A DNA stretch of 63,568 bases, counting the filler, from Rhabdomonas costata (Eukaryota): assembly GCA_019059605.1 (NCBI GenBank). It is 56 parts of 56 records of this genome, joined end to end, with 100 filler letters (N's around TTAATTAATTAA, not from the genome) between each part and the next. Parts side by side here need not be neighbours in the genome. Positions count along the whole stretch, not along the records: positions 25,024 to 26,061 come from JAHMHO010032095.1; positions 26,162 to 27,198 come from JAHMHO010032096.1; positions 27,299 to 28,334 come from JAHMHO010032097.1; positions 28,435 to 29,471 come from JAHMHO010032098.1; positions 29,572 to 30,609 come from JAHMHO010032099.1; positions 30,710 to 31,746 come from JAHMHO010032100.1; positions 31,847 to 32,883 come from JAHMHO010032101.1; positions 32,984 to 34,020 come from JAHMHO010032102.1; 48 more parts are not named here. The stretch is one strand, 5' to 3'. The notes under the pieces are model-generated. The model worked only from the letters and a program-made list of their open reading frames with translations, had not been told where the DNA came from and ran no database searches. Below, in pieces: positions 25,413 to 38,362 of the stretch. Every line of letters begins with the position of its first letter. Position 1 is the first letter of the stretch. A program made the position numbers and the translations under genes.

Positions 25413-25563
25413 CTGTCACAGCCAAGGTTCCAATGGAAATCACCCAGTTGCCCAGGTCGACACAGTTGTTGGGGAGTTGCAAGTTCGTGATCTCCCAGCT
25501 CAGCCGAGCAGGGCCCTTGACCACAGAAGCGGCCACGATGGGGACAGTGAGGTTATGGGCCAC
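25413..25563 (-). CDS. Hypothetical protein exon
   Basis: tttag|VAHNLTVPIVAASVVKGPARLSWEITNLQLPNNCVDLGNWVISIGTLAVT|gt. Confidence 0.4.
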
Positions 25564-26866
25564 CTAAACAACAGCGAGCATCCGTTTACACAATTGGCGC
25601 CAGAGAGAATGCCTTGCCATCATCGTTCCGAGTTTGCTGCCACCCTTCAATTGATGCACACCCATTCTCCTGCATCTAAATCCGAGCAACGGGCGTTTTG
25701 AAATGCAAGCCAAAAAAGCTCATGGCCCCTAGTAACCTTCCTCACATCACTACAGAATAACAGGGTGCTGACAAACAACGTAATCTCGGTTACCACTGGA
25801 TAAATAACTCACTCAGAAGCCAAGGCAGGAGGTAGACTCGCTGACAATTGAATGGTGACCAATATAGCCTCTTCCCCGCATTCTGTTGTGGGAGAAGAGT
25901 GGGCGTGCCACATGAGTGCACCACACCACCACAAAATTTTCTCGCCCGGGTGCCAGGTGGGGGAGGACACAGTTTCTTTTGCGGGTTTTTGTACATAAAA
26001 TTGGGACACCTGGGACAGGCGGATGAGGGTCTTGGCCTGTTGTCTGGTGAGCCGGCACCCCNNNNNNNNNNNNNNNNNNNNNNNNNNNNNNNNNNNNNNN
26101 NNNNNTTAATTAATTAANNNNNNNNNNNNNNNNNNNNNNNNNNNNNNNNNNNNNNNNNNNNAGCTCTCCCAGGCGTCCTAAAAGGCGCTCTTACAGTCAC
26201 TGCTGGCCTTCGTCAAGATGTTTGCGTGGCGTTTTTTTTGGCGTAACTCTCCTTAGTTGGCGATTCCAGCACGCAGCTCCACTATACTTAATGAACGATT
26301 AACTGTCCCCCTGCTCTGTTGTGCGCTTCCCAGGAGGTGAGAGCTATTACGGCTAAGGCAGCGGGCAATGTTGAAGGAAAGACCCAGGTATCTCCTGAGT
26401 TTTGCGACGCTCTGGCTTTTATGCAATGTTGAAGGGGGCACCATGTTGTGCTGCCTTTCCTCCCTTATGCAGAGCGTGGGTGCGGGGGGATCTTCACCCA
26501 CAGTGCCCGCTGTGCTTCCCGTCAAAGTGGGTACGTCTTGCGTTCAGCTTGTCATGCACTTGCCTGTGACTTTCAGCATGCACAGCGTTTTTGGAGGTGG
26601 ACACTGTCAGCTTGTTTTCTTGTTGGTGGAGACTTAGAGCCCCGGTCTGTGCGATCAGCAACTCTGTTGTTGTGGGCGAAGGGGTGCCTGTCTGATGGTT
26701 GCACGTGCTGCTTGTATGAGGTGCGCGTTTGGAAGCCCTTTAACACTTTGTTTGATCCATCTTCAGTGTGCGTCCTCCTGTATGTATGTGTGTGTTCTGT
26801 TGTTGTTACACTTCACCAATTCCAATTCGACCGTGTTAGTTACGCCGCTTACCATCCTTTCATCAG

Positions 26867-27198
26867 GGGCCCCTTCCACTGCCTCCAAGCCGATGGTTAA
26901 TGCGGAGGGCGCTCACTATTCCAACTCTCAGTCTTCGATACTTTCCAGTGAGGCAAGCCCCAGTGGCGCGCAGCCAGGGCGAGCGGAGGTTGAGCTGCGG
27001 AAGGTTATGGCGCAGATGCAAGAGCTCATGGTGGACTCGGACGAAGAGGCGGAGAGGCCTCATAATCACGTGGGGCATGCAGCTGTGCAACCTGCAGCTT
27101 CTGTGGAATTGAGTAAGCCTGGGGGCAGCACCGATCTGGAAGTCAGCACTGCGCGAGAATCCCAACCACCCAGCCTGCCTTCGAAAGAAGAGGGGGCG
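26867..27198 (+). CDS. Hypothetical low-complexity protein exon (truncated)
   Basis: catcag| acceptor, then an open S/E/A-rich frame to the contig end. Confidence 0.4.
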
Positions 27199-27298
27199 NN
27201 NNNNNNNNNNNNNNNNNNNNNNNNNNNNNNNNNNNNNNNNNNTTAATTAATTAANNNNNNNNNNNNNNNNNNNNNNNNNNNNNNNNNNNNNNNNNNNN

Positions 27299-27720
27299 TG
27301 AACTACGGATTCCACCCTGTTTTTTTTGGTGATGTACCAGATGCTACCGACCCGGAGCAGTTCTACGCAGACAGAGAGCAAGAGACAGTCAAGGAGTTTG
27401 TGAAGCGTTTGAAACAAGGTTGGAAAGACATTCAGGCCGCCTTTGAAAAGAACCAAGAAAGCATGGTAGCTCAAGCCAACCGAAAACGACGGGACTACGA
27501 GTTCCGCGTAGGCGATCTGGTACTGGTCAACCAGACCAAACATCAGCGAGCCTACATGGGCCCCCGTTCACCCTTGTCACCGAGAGCAGTCGGACCGTTC
27601 CGATTGAAAAGGTAATGAGCCGCACGTCCATGCGTCTCGAAATCCCCTTCGAAATCATTGGACACGAGACCCCTGTCTTTCCACACCAGCCAACTCATTC
27701 CCTACCAGGCACGGATCCTG
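27299..27720 (+). mobile_element. Ty3/gypsy integrase C-terminal (GPY/F) region, decayed
   Basis: QESMVAQANRKRRDYEFRVGDLVLV...LSPRAVGPFR...FHTSQLIPY, with frameshifts. Confidence 0.85.
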
Positions 27721-29951
27721 GACCCTGTTGGTTTTCTACCGGAAGACGACGACGAAGATGACGCCTACGGCAGTCCTTCTCAACCTGGACCGCCGCCGCC
27801 GCCAACCGATGATCAACGGGTAGATCTACTGGCCCCCCCGCAAGTAGAACAACGAATGGGACCGGCATCCTTCGAACCTAACAGTGGGCCAGCCTCGGAT
27901 TCCACCGCCTCACCAACAACTCACCCTGAGCCGTCTGTCAGGGAGCAATCCCCTCCAGTGGGGGAGCGTTCAGCCCCGCTTACCAGCTAACGACCACTTA
28001 GACGAAGACCCCTTTGACTTCGCACGTGAAGTACGCAACCAAACGCCCCTGAGTTCTGCAAGACCCTTGTCTCTAACGACACCACCTGTTCCAGAAGAAC
28101 CTCCTGAGTTGCCTGCCTGGGACCATCCCGTACCTAACGCAACCAGTGTCCTCATTAACGGAATCAGCACCCTTGCAACCTGTCGTTCCTGAGCCTCCAG
28201 ACCCACTACCTCCGGAGGATTTTCCTCCACTAACGGATGCGGATGCCGATTCACCCCCTTGGCATGAGTTGGATCCCACGTCTATCCAAGGCACCACCCC
28301 AGACGAGGTCGCGCGTTGGATTCGCACGGCTCGANNNNNNNNNNNNNNNNNNNNNNNNNNNNNNNNNNNNNNNNNNNNTTAATTAATTAANNNNNNNNNN
28401 NNNNNNNNNNNNNNNNNNNNNNNNNNNNNNNNNNGGGGTGGGGGGTGGCTCTGTGTTGTGGGAAGCGGTGGACATCCGTGTTTGTCGTGGACAGGGGGAC
28501 ACCTGCTCGCCTGTGCCTCACCAGCGGCGGTTCATGTTTTGAGCTGTGATACCCACGGATGCCTGGCCACGGTCTTCTTCCACGCTGGTTTGTGCTTGTT
28601 TTTCTTGCCTTGATGGGCTTCCTCCCTATGGCCTTATGTACGGCCGTTTAACAGAGAAAAGTCCCCATCAAAGGGGACTGCTCTCTTTTGTTTTATTGTT
28701 CTGTGTTTGAATTCATTTGGTACAATGATAAAGACGACAGGAAGACGAAAGTCCACTCCTTCTCATTGTGTGCCCTCAGTTACGTCTCCTCGAACTCTGT
28801 GCTTCTCACCCGACGACCGTGGCGTGCTTTGCTTGACCACTGCGGCGGAGGTTGTGCACGGCACCCTTGGGTTGGACGCCGCTTTTCACCGACTGGAATG
28901 CCCCTCAGGTCCTGAGCTGCCTTCTGTGCCGTCATTCACAGTCTTGGAAGAAGGACCAAATGTTCACATGTTTTGGTTCCCGGAACCGTCCATTGAGCAT
29001 GTTAGTGTTTCGGTGTTAGGCTTGTACGTGAGATCATGTCGGGAGGTGCTAGAGTACGGCACAAAATGCGTTCCTCGGTTCAAAAACGTCAGCAATTGTG
29101 GAATGCAAAAGACAGTCGAGGGCAATTAAATACTCATCTGTTTTTCTTAGGGGTATAGCGCGTGCAACGGGTGGCATCTCAGCATGCGTGCAAATTGCAG
29201 ATGACTGCACATCTGGTGATATATTTGCCCAAACTCCGGTAGCTTGCTTCCCTCACTTCTTGTGCTCACACCTGATGGCTTCCAAAATCTTGTCACACCG
29301 GACGCAGGTGTCCGCAGGGTCAGGATCGACCTTCTGCTCCGCTGCACTCGCAGCCATTGTGCTGTGTATTGCTGCGGCTCAGCCGCTCCTTTCTCCTTCC
29401 TCGGGCCCCTTTCTCGCAAACCTTTCCCTTTCCACCTGCACTTCATCCCCCCCCCCCCAACCGTCCTATTTNNNNNNNNNNNNNNNNNNNNNNNNNNNNN
29501 NNNNNNNNNNNNNNNTTAATTAATTAANNNNNNNNNNNNNNNNNNNNNNNNNNNNNNNNNNNNNNNNNNNNGGGGGGGTGGTGAAGGTGCTTTCCTGCGT
29601 GAATTAGTGGTATATACAGAGCACAAAGCACGGAGCACAAAAAACGCAATGCCACTAATTCACGCAGGAAAGCACCTTCACCACACGCACGCACACACAC
29701 ACACACACACACACACTGCAACGGCATCGAAAACTTGGCGCTAACTCCAACAAAGGAGGCGAAAAGCAAGCACAACAGCACACATAGACACAGGGACACG
29801 TGGACTGGGAAAGAAAGAAAGTCCAGGATTTATAGACGGAAAAATCGTCGAAATGTCTCCTGCCCACAAAACTGTGCCACATAATTGCTTCCGCGTTCTC
29901 TAAATCTCCACCACCTTTCGCTTCTCCAGGAAAGATGTTAGATTTTTTCAG

Positions 29952-30291
29952 ATCACCTTGGCACACGATCTCAAAGATCATCCCACGGTAACGTTGGTTC
30001 AGGACTTTTTCAACACGGTTATCCCGCTTCCTCGGGAGATCGCTCGGCAAGAGAACCAGTTTGTGGTTCGCGTTTTGTTGCGTTTTGGTGCGGGCCCCGC
30101 GCTTTCGTGTTTGCTGGATCAAGGCATTATGTTTATTGGTTTTGCGCAGCTTTTCCAGGACGACCTGTACTTCCTCACGCCGTACCCCGTGCAAACACAG
30201 ACCACTGTGTTGCTGCTTCCTTCTTCGAAGGTTGAGTCCCTCGGTCCGATTTCAGAACTTGTCAAGCGGAATGCAAACAACAAAACCTGTG
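29952..30291 (+). CDS. RPN1: Oligosaccharyltransferase subunit ribophorin I, two exons (29952-30065, 30150-~30230/30291)
   Basis: VIPLPREIARQENQFV | LFQDDLYFLTPYPVQTQTTVLLLPSSKVES matches the ribophorin I pattern P.P.EI.Q.E.Q.V...Y..SPY....QTT. The 3' donor is uncertain. Confidence 0.75.
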
Positions 30292-30709
30292 GTATCTCTT
30301 TTCCTTGTGGTGTTGGTTTGCTGCCTGTTTAAAAGGGTTTTCTTCTCACTTCTCTTCGTCGATTTCTCCTTTTTGTCTTTGCTTTGCTCGTGGTAGTTTC
30401 CTAGCAACGGACTACCGCACCACACCAGAGAGACTGATCACTCCCGCAGGTCAGGTCAGAAGCGGGATATAATTTTTCAAACGGAGAAGGAACAGGCACA
30501 TGAGCGCCAGGTCCAGCACAGTTGTGAGCAGACTGGCAAACTGACGAGAGACTCGCACAATTAAAAGCATTTTCTGCGCAGCCACGGTGGCGGCATCTTC
30601 CCCACAACANNNNNNNNNNNNNNNNNNNNNNNNNNNNNNNNNNNNNNNNNNNNTTAATTAATTAANNNNNNNNNNNNNNNNNNNNNNNNNNNNNNNNNNN
30701 NNNNNNNNN

Positions 30710-31740
30710 GGGTTTGTTGGCTCTATGAAACCAAGCTTTTGCAAGCTCTTTAGCTGCTTCCTCAGCTCCTCATCTTCAGTTGGGGACATACGATATAGCC
30801 TTTGTACCGGGACCTTGCTGTCCGGTTTCAAATCTATCCGATGATCTGTTCTTCTGGAGGGGGGAAGCTCTCCGGGAACTGAAGCTGGGAAAATTCTTGC
30901 AAACTCCCGATTTAGCTTCTCAATCTCGGGCTGTGTGTGTAAAACTTCACACAGGGGCCACAGATGCTGTGGTCCACTTCCTTTATAAGTTTCTCCACCT
31001 CTTTCCTGGTAGAGTTGCGTTCACTTGAATCTCAGGGGTGGCGGTAAACATCACCGTTATTGCAGGGATTGTGGCCGCCAAAGTTGGTGGAGCTGACACT
31101 GCAAACAATCCAGCACTCCGGCTCACAGTCGCTGAACTTGGCACCCCTCAGAACACAGGTAGGCGTGGCACAATTACCGAGTCATCTCCCGAAGTCAGAA
31201 ACGCTGTGCTTCCAGAAAACGTGGTATATCCGTAACGTATAGCATCTAAATCCATAGAAGAGCCACCCGCTGCGACATTCCTGTGTAGCTGACCTTCCGG
31301 AACTGCCAATATAACTTGGGGCGTGGGTCTTGATTTCCGAAAATACTCCAACGCTAATTCCATGGCATCGTGCAGCGTCCGCATGTTCTTGGACATCACT
31401 CTAGCTTGTATATCTCCTTCCACGCCTCGAACGAACAAATACTGCTGCAACGGCTTGTTGTAAAACATCGTGCCCTTTAGCAGATTGATTCCAGTAACAA
31501 ACTGCTCGTGGTAGAACTGGATGTTCACGTCCGTCATTTTTAGCTATTCCAGCCTCCACACTACGTTGTAATCCCAAGTCTGAGGAGTCTGAGGTTCCAG
31601 TCCTCAAAGGTCTTACATGGCGCCACTATACATCTTGCTAAGGATCCAAGTGATCCCGTGGCGTAAACTTATAATATATTAGCAACTTGATCTGGAAACC
31701 TCCAGACATCTTTTAGCTCTTCGACGCTAATCAACCACCC
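30710..31740 (-). mobile_element. Ty3/gypsy-type gag, second decayed copy of the family at 10240-11271
   Basis: Shares FVRGVEGDIQARVM and MDLDAIRYGYTTFSGSTAFLTS with the first copy; contains frameshifts. Confidence 0.8.
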
Positions 31741-33210
31741 CCCACCNNNNNNNNNNNNNNNNNNNNNNNNNNNNNNNNNNNNNNNNNNNNTTAATTAATT
31801 AANNNNNNNNNNNNNNNNNNNNNNNNNNNNNNNNNNNNNNNNNNNNTGTGTTTTGGTAGGGCCGTCCTCCGAGGGGTCGTAATGCGTGCGATGAGGTAGG
31901 GAATTGACAAAGACAGGGGAACGGTTGAGGTGGGCGATTGAGGCTGGGCGGAGGTGTGTGGCATATACTTCAGAGAGTGTAAGAGAGTGAGTGTGGGAGG
32001 GATTTAGCGAGAGCGGAAGGATGGAGAGTAGGGCGGGTGTTTATGGGAGTCGGAAGGTCATTTAGCTGTTTGGTTGGGAATCAAGGATAGGGTTCTACCG
32101 CGCATTGGGTCTTCTGTTTTTCAGCTTACTGGGAGGCGAGTGGTGCTCCCGTCTATGCGGGGCGGCGGCGGTGGTGGGGTCCGGGCTAGGTTCCCCGCTT
32201 GGTTTCTTCGGCGTGGCTTACCGTTCACTTCACTTCACTTCAGTCCCAAGGCAATGGAGGCGAGGAGGGGGAGGGAGGGAGCTCCCATCTACCGTGGCTC
32301 CTGTCTTTTTCATTCTGTGATGTGGGTTGGGCTCAGACTCTGCGCACACAGGACGCGCTCAGGTGGCACCAGGCCTGAGGGCGTCCACCCGTCCCCGCCC
32401 CCTTCTGCTCTTTTTTCTAGTCCCACCTTCACCCTCTCCTTCTCACACATCCATGTCTTTAGGTGCCGAGGGCTTCCCCTCGCCGAGCAAATGCTTTTTC
32501 TGAGATCTCTCTCCTAGCGCGCTCTCCTCTTTGGAGGGAGAATCAACCTCCCCCACTCATTTAGGTCACTTCCGTAGGAGCGCCTTCCCCCCGTAATAGC
32601 GTAGTGTTCTGAAGTTGTGTGTATGGGGGAGACGGGGCGATAGGGGCGCCTGGTGCCGCTGAGCGGTTGGAGGTGTGGCGGCCGTTTCTCACCCGAGCCT
32701 CTCACTTTCTGGGGAGGGGGTGACCCGCAGCCACAGCCCACGGGCTGCCCAGCCCACTGCCTGCGCCCACACACACATACACATACCTTCACGGGGGGGC
32801 TCTTCTCTCTCGTCCGCTTCCCCGCTCCCAACCCCTTTCTTGGGCTTTTTCGCGCTCCCTTCTTCATCGGTTGACCCCACAAANNNNNNNNNNNNNNNNN
32901 NNNNNNNNNNNNNNNNNNNNNNNNNNNTTAATTAATTAANNNNNNNNNNNNNNNNNNNNNNNNNNNNNNNNNNNNNNNNNNNNGGTTGGTGTGTTTGGTT
33001 GTGGGGTGTCCCTCAGTGCAGCAATACCTTGAGTGTCCGTAAAATGCACCGTAAATGGGGGGGGGGGGATCCCATAATATCCATATGCAATTCGTCACCG
33101 CTTTGTTTTACCCTGGCCTGTGCTCCGATCGAACCGCGCGTTCAGCCCTTCTTTCTCTCTGGTTGTGTGTATGTGCCTTGCTTTTTAATTCTCCCCTCCC
33201 CTGCCCTTAG

Positions 33211-34020
33211 CGGCGCCCAAGAAGGCGAAGAAGGACAGCGCTGCAACCGCCGCAGCAATCGGTAGCGCCGCGGTGCCCCGGATCAACATCGGGGTGTTTG
33301 GGCTAATGAACAGCGGGAAGTCCACCCTGGTCAACTGCATCACCCGTCAGGAGACCTCCATTGTCGACAGGTTTGCGCTGCCCCCTTGGGAGTTGGGCGG
33401 GTGGCCGTGGTGGATGGAGTGTTGGTAACGCAGGCACTGGCCTGGTCTGATGGTTCTCCTTTGCTGGATGTATGTCTGTGAGTTTTTATGTTTGTGTGCA
33501 ATGTGTCCAGCAAGCCAGGCACAACGGCCGATGTAAAGATCGCGCTGATGGAGATTCACGGTCTGGGACCGTGCAAGCTCTTTGACACGGCGGGCGTCGA
33601 CGAGGAGGGTACCCTGGGGCAGAAGAAGCTGGTCAAGGTGTGCCTTCCGTGGGAAACTCCTCTCTCCTTCATCCCCCCATAAGAACCACTCCCACCACTC
33701 TCACCCTTGTTGTTGTTGCACTCCCGCCACTCTACAACATTTCCAGCGTTCACCTCTCGCTATGCATCGATAACCGTAGAGCTTGAAATTTTTTTGCGCA
33801 ACCTCTTACGTCTGATCAAGGGTTCCTCCCTGTTTTGCTTAATTCCATTTAGAAGCAATTGACTCAGGACTGGCTTCCTAAAATTAACTAAACGTGTCCC
33901 ACTGCTCCGCCAAAACCCCGTTTTTCCCTCTTACAGGCTCAGAACGTGCTGAAGGAGAGCGACCTGGCGCTGCTGGTTGTGGACCCCGCACGCACACCGA
34001 CGGCGGCACAGCTGGCGACG
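33211..34020 (+). CDS. hydF: [FeFe]-hydrogenase H-cluster maturation GTPase HydF (possibly a HydEF fusion), three exons (33211-33370, 33511-33637, 33937-34020)
   Basis: Spliced product: [112 protein letters not shown]. It has G1, G2 and G3 motifs plus the HydF-type LGP..L.DTAG.D..G.LG.K. Two GT..AG introns with consistent phase. Confidence 0.85.
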
Positions 34021-37000
34021 NNNNNNNNNNNNNNNNNNNNNNNNNNNNNNNNNNNNNNNNNNNNTTAATTAATTAANNNNNNNNNNNNNNNNNNNNNNNN
34101 NNNNNNNNNNNNNNNNNNNNTTAGGATGGAGCCGGCAGTGGGCGCAATTGGCGGCATGTGTGGCAATGACATGTATGAAGTGTTTTCCATCATGGCCCCA
34201 GCGCCCAATGGGCCATTGCCGTTTTCTTGTGTCTCTAAACACAGATCCCCCCCCCATTGTCCCCTTTTGCTGTGCGCATTGGTTTCCGGACTTCTCCGAG
34301 CTTCGCCAATGTTTCGAGGAAAATGGGGGAGGCGTTCTCGCACGAGATCTTTTCGGAGTCTTGTTGTTTGGGCGACTTTTGCGGCTGGAGTGTCTCTCTT
34401 GCTGCTGCTACTTACGCCGTGGGCTTTGGCCGTCCACCGCAGACCCTCGAGATGTGTGAAGGGCAGGGGTCAGCAGCGCGGAGCCGATGGCTGGAGCACA
34501 TCAGAGCTGTGCCGTAGACTCCGGAGCCATCCTGTGGACTCCCGGAATGAGGCAGGCCGGTCGGGGCATTCTCCCATTCGGCTCCACGGCCCCTCGCCCT
34601 CTCTCTCCCGAAGCCACACCGACACGGTTGTCCACGGTTCTTAAGGGTAGTGAGAGCGGTGACGGCGATTTCTTTACCAATAACCGTGATGTGGACCATG
34701 CACACTGCAGTGTTGCGAGAGTTTTCTGTCATAGTGAACTGAGCATCTGAAACTTCGCGAGCCAATTGAAATCAACGAGTGTTAATTTGTTCCCAGGGCA
34801 GAGGTGCGGACGTCAGCTGCCACTAGGACACCACTGTCGCCTCGTGTGCTCGTGCAGCGTTTCGGCGAACTCAACCCATTGATCTCGTGCGTGTCCCTTC
34901 AGAACTTGTCTGCCCTCCTGGGCTTTTCTGATGCAGGATTCTTAGAAAGAGGAGCTGGTTGGCGGTTGATTGAATCGGCAGGTGGTGAGCGAAGCTCAGT
35001 GACCCGCCGCGACACATCCCCCCCGCCGGTCCTTGAAGTCCTGGAATCCCAGGAGGCGGAGACCCAAGCTCGGCAGCCCTTGGCCCCCCTTCTGCTACTT
35101 TGGGAAGCCCTGGAACGCTTACTTCTCCCCTACAAACCTGCGCCCTCCAACCCCACNNNNNNNNNNNNNNNNNNNNNNNNNNNNNNNNNNNNNNNNNNNN
35201 TTAATTAATTAANNNNNNNNNNNNNNNNNNNNNNNNNNNNNNNNNNNNNNNNNNNNGGGGGGTTGGGTAGGCCTGGCTTTGCCGTTTATTGTGTTTGATG
35301 TTACCCTACTGCTGCGTGCAGCAAAGATGGGCTCGCTTTCAATATCTGTGGAAGCTCAAGGACTTCCCTTCTTTGTTTTTCAAAAAGCAGTCTTCTCACA
35401 TTTGATCCAATGGTTCTCGAAATACGGCAGCACGCGTGCAGTGGATTTCCTTTTTCTGCGCAGCTGCGGCTGTTAGCATTAACCGGTGGAGCTGATTATA
35501 ATATATGCTGAGACTTGTGCTTTAGAGGCGTGGGCCTCCTAGTTTTATTCGACACGTTGTCCGTCTCTCCCATGAGAATACTTTCGCCGTTGCTTGAATC
35601 CGCGTCCATCGTGAGCCCTTTTCTTTTTCTTTTTCTTTTTCTTTTTCATGGAAAGTCGGTCGCCTTGTCTTCCCCGTTAGACATGGAAGTTTGACCGCGA
35701 CATGTTGGCTGACCCCCAGAAGCTCTCGCTGCGCGGAAGTCCTTCCCCACAAAAGAGCGAGGCCCCAGTCCCGTCTCCGACGAGCGTTTGGGCAGCCTTG
35801 GCACACAACCAGGAGACCCAGCCCGTGCCCGATAATAGCCTCGCCCCTAGAATGGGCAGCCTGGTACAGTGATGAACGTGGCGAGACGCTCCCGCACCAG
35901 CACCCGAACCGCTATATGTGTATAGGAGCACGTATATGTTGGTTTAAGGTAAATGTCGTACGTTGATTGGTGGAGCTGGGGGAGGAGCTGCTCCTCTGAC
36001 TGACGGCGAATTTGCTCTTCCATTCCTCGTAAAGAACTTTAGGCTGGCAGCTAGCGACGGAAACTAGCACAGGGGTGCTTATTTAGTTTGTTTTTCCCCA
36101 ATAATCGCTTCTTTCTGTGAGTTTTGATCTCATTCTTTGCTGTTTCATGAGACTCCCTTTAGTGTGTTCACTGTTCACACATGCTCCAATGCCGGGGAGG
36201 GATTGCCTTCCGCGCCGCTTTGCATCGTGTGTTACCCACACAAAGACCCCCTGCAGAGGCGGAGTTCCGACCGGTGCCTGCGCTTTTCTCATCNNNNNNN
36301 NNNNNNNNNNNNNNNNNNNNNNNNNNNNNNNNNNNNNTTAATTAATTAANNNNNNNNNNNNNNNNNNNNNNNNNNNNNNNNNNNNNNNNNNNNGGTGGGT
36401 TGTTGGCGTTAAACGTTTAACAGCCCCCCCCCCTAAAAAAATGCAGCAGCTCAACGTCAGGTGAAGGGCTTTGCAGGCAGTTTTGCATGCACTGGACCAC
36501 TGAGCATTGATATCATCCGTCTAATTATCATTGAACGTATTCTCTTTTTGTATTGTATTAAAAGTTCCACTGCTTATTTTTCGATGCTTGATCATTTGAG
36601 TGTGCCTCTAATCTTTGTCTCCGTGGTGTTTCGGTTTGACGGAATACCACTGGGTTTTTTCGGATTTCTTTTTTGCTCCTGGGTTGACGGGTTCGTGTTT
36701 ACTACAGATTGTCCTTCCTGACTTTCCTCTCTGTTCCCTTCTCTTTTCCGACTCATTGCTGTAACCCTGAACCCTGTTTGTTTGCATTGCACTTCTTACC
36801 TTTCTTCGCTGCATCTGCTGGTCTTTCCAGCATTGTTTGGGGGAGGGGCGTGCGCCTCTTACCCCACCATTCCGAATCCCTTGCAAAATCCTGTCCCTTC
36901 TGCTCCACCACCTCTCTTCCCACTTCGGTGGGAGATGTCTCGGGAGATTCCCTCGTTTCCATTGGGTCACGGGGGCCTTCCCGAGGTGGCGAGCGCACAC

Positions 37001-37537
37001 AGCCCCGGCGGCTTGGGGGCGGAGATCCTGGCCCCCAGCGTGCACAGCGTGCACAGCGGGGTCGGGGAGCCCGAGCACACCCAGACCCGCAACCCGCTGT
37101 GCTCCTCCACCTCTAGGGCCCGGGCCCTTTCGTTGTCTCGCCGGCGCTCTTCTCTACACGCCAGCCAGGGCATGCCACACATCCTTCCCTCCCACCCGTC
37201 TCACCCGTCTCACCCGCTGGCGTCCTCCACTTATTCTCTGTTCCGGCTGAGTGCTGTGAAACCAAGCCCAGAGTGGCGCAGTGTGCTCATTGAAGGTCCA
37301 GGCTGCCTTGAACCGCGGAGGAGTCAGGGTGGTGGCATCATTTTGTCGCAAGTCTAAATAAAAATTCGAGAGTAACCCCACTATGAAAGCTGAATGACAG
37401 CTGGAAATCTGACGTACGGTCCCCCCACAANNNNNNNNNNNNNNNNNNNNNNNNNNNNNNNNNNNNNNNNNNNNTTAATTAATTAANNNNNNNNNNNNNN
37501 NNNNNNNNNNNNNNNNNNNNNNNNNNNNNNTTTTTGT

Positions 37538-38084
37538 TTGCTTCCTTTCGCTGTTCTCGTTTTGTTTCGGTTTTGCGCGAGAGGAGGGGGCTGCCGCAGG
37601 ATCGGCCTTTGGCTGGTCCTGGGTGGAGGTACTGCGCACCTCTTCGTCATCCTCGGGAATGTCCTGAGAGCACATCAATGGTGGGCAACTCCACCCATCC
37701 GTCAGAACCACGGTACCCAGCCACCGCGCAGGTGGATAAGTGGGGTCGATCCACCATAGCGATTTTTTTAAAATATTTAAACCTAAACAGTCCGGTACTT
37801 TGACTGAGCACCAGAGCAACCGCGAACTACCAATATCGCCATGGAATGGGGAAATCATCGGGGCTTGAACTGCTTCTGTCCTGTTCAGTCCTTTGTTGAG
37901 CCCCAAAGCAGAAACTTTAGGAGCAATTTTGCGCGACACGTATTTCAGTTTGTTGCCGGAAACCTTTGATCTGGGTTTTGTTTTCAAGGCAGCGCGGATC
38001 TGATCAATGCCAACAGGACGAAACCAGGCAGCCCCCTCCTCTCGCGCAAAACCGAAACAAAACGAGAACAGCGAAAGGAAGCAA
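37538..38084. repeat. 58-bp perfect inverted repeat (37538-37595 and 38027-38084)
   Basis: Exact reverse-complement match; one arm lies at the contig start. Confidence 0.88.
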
Positions 38085-38362
38085 TGAAAATCCAAAAAGA
38101 AGGCAAGCAATGGAAACACCGGCAATTCCAGGGCTCCCACGCCCACGATGCCATGTCCTGCAATTACTTACTCCCCCCCGCCCCGCCCTTTCAATATTTA
38201 CACCTGGTCGACGCGGGTGGTGATGACGGTAGGAGTGCCCTCCAAAGGGGTCAAAGGAGTGGGACAGCGGCAGAGCTGCAGCAGAGAGGTCCACTCCAGG
38301 GCCTCAGAGCTGAGCTGCAGCAGCCTGTCGTGGGCCTCCTGCTCGCACACCATCGCCCGTAG
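37590..38362 (-). CDS. Hypothetical protein, two exons (38362-38204, 37663-~37590)
   Basis: Phase-0 exons bounded by AG/GT: LRAMVCEQEAHDRLLQLSSEALEW... and DIPEDDEEVRST... Confidence 0.45.
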
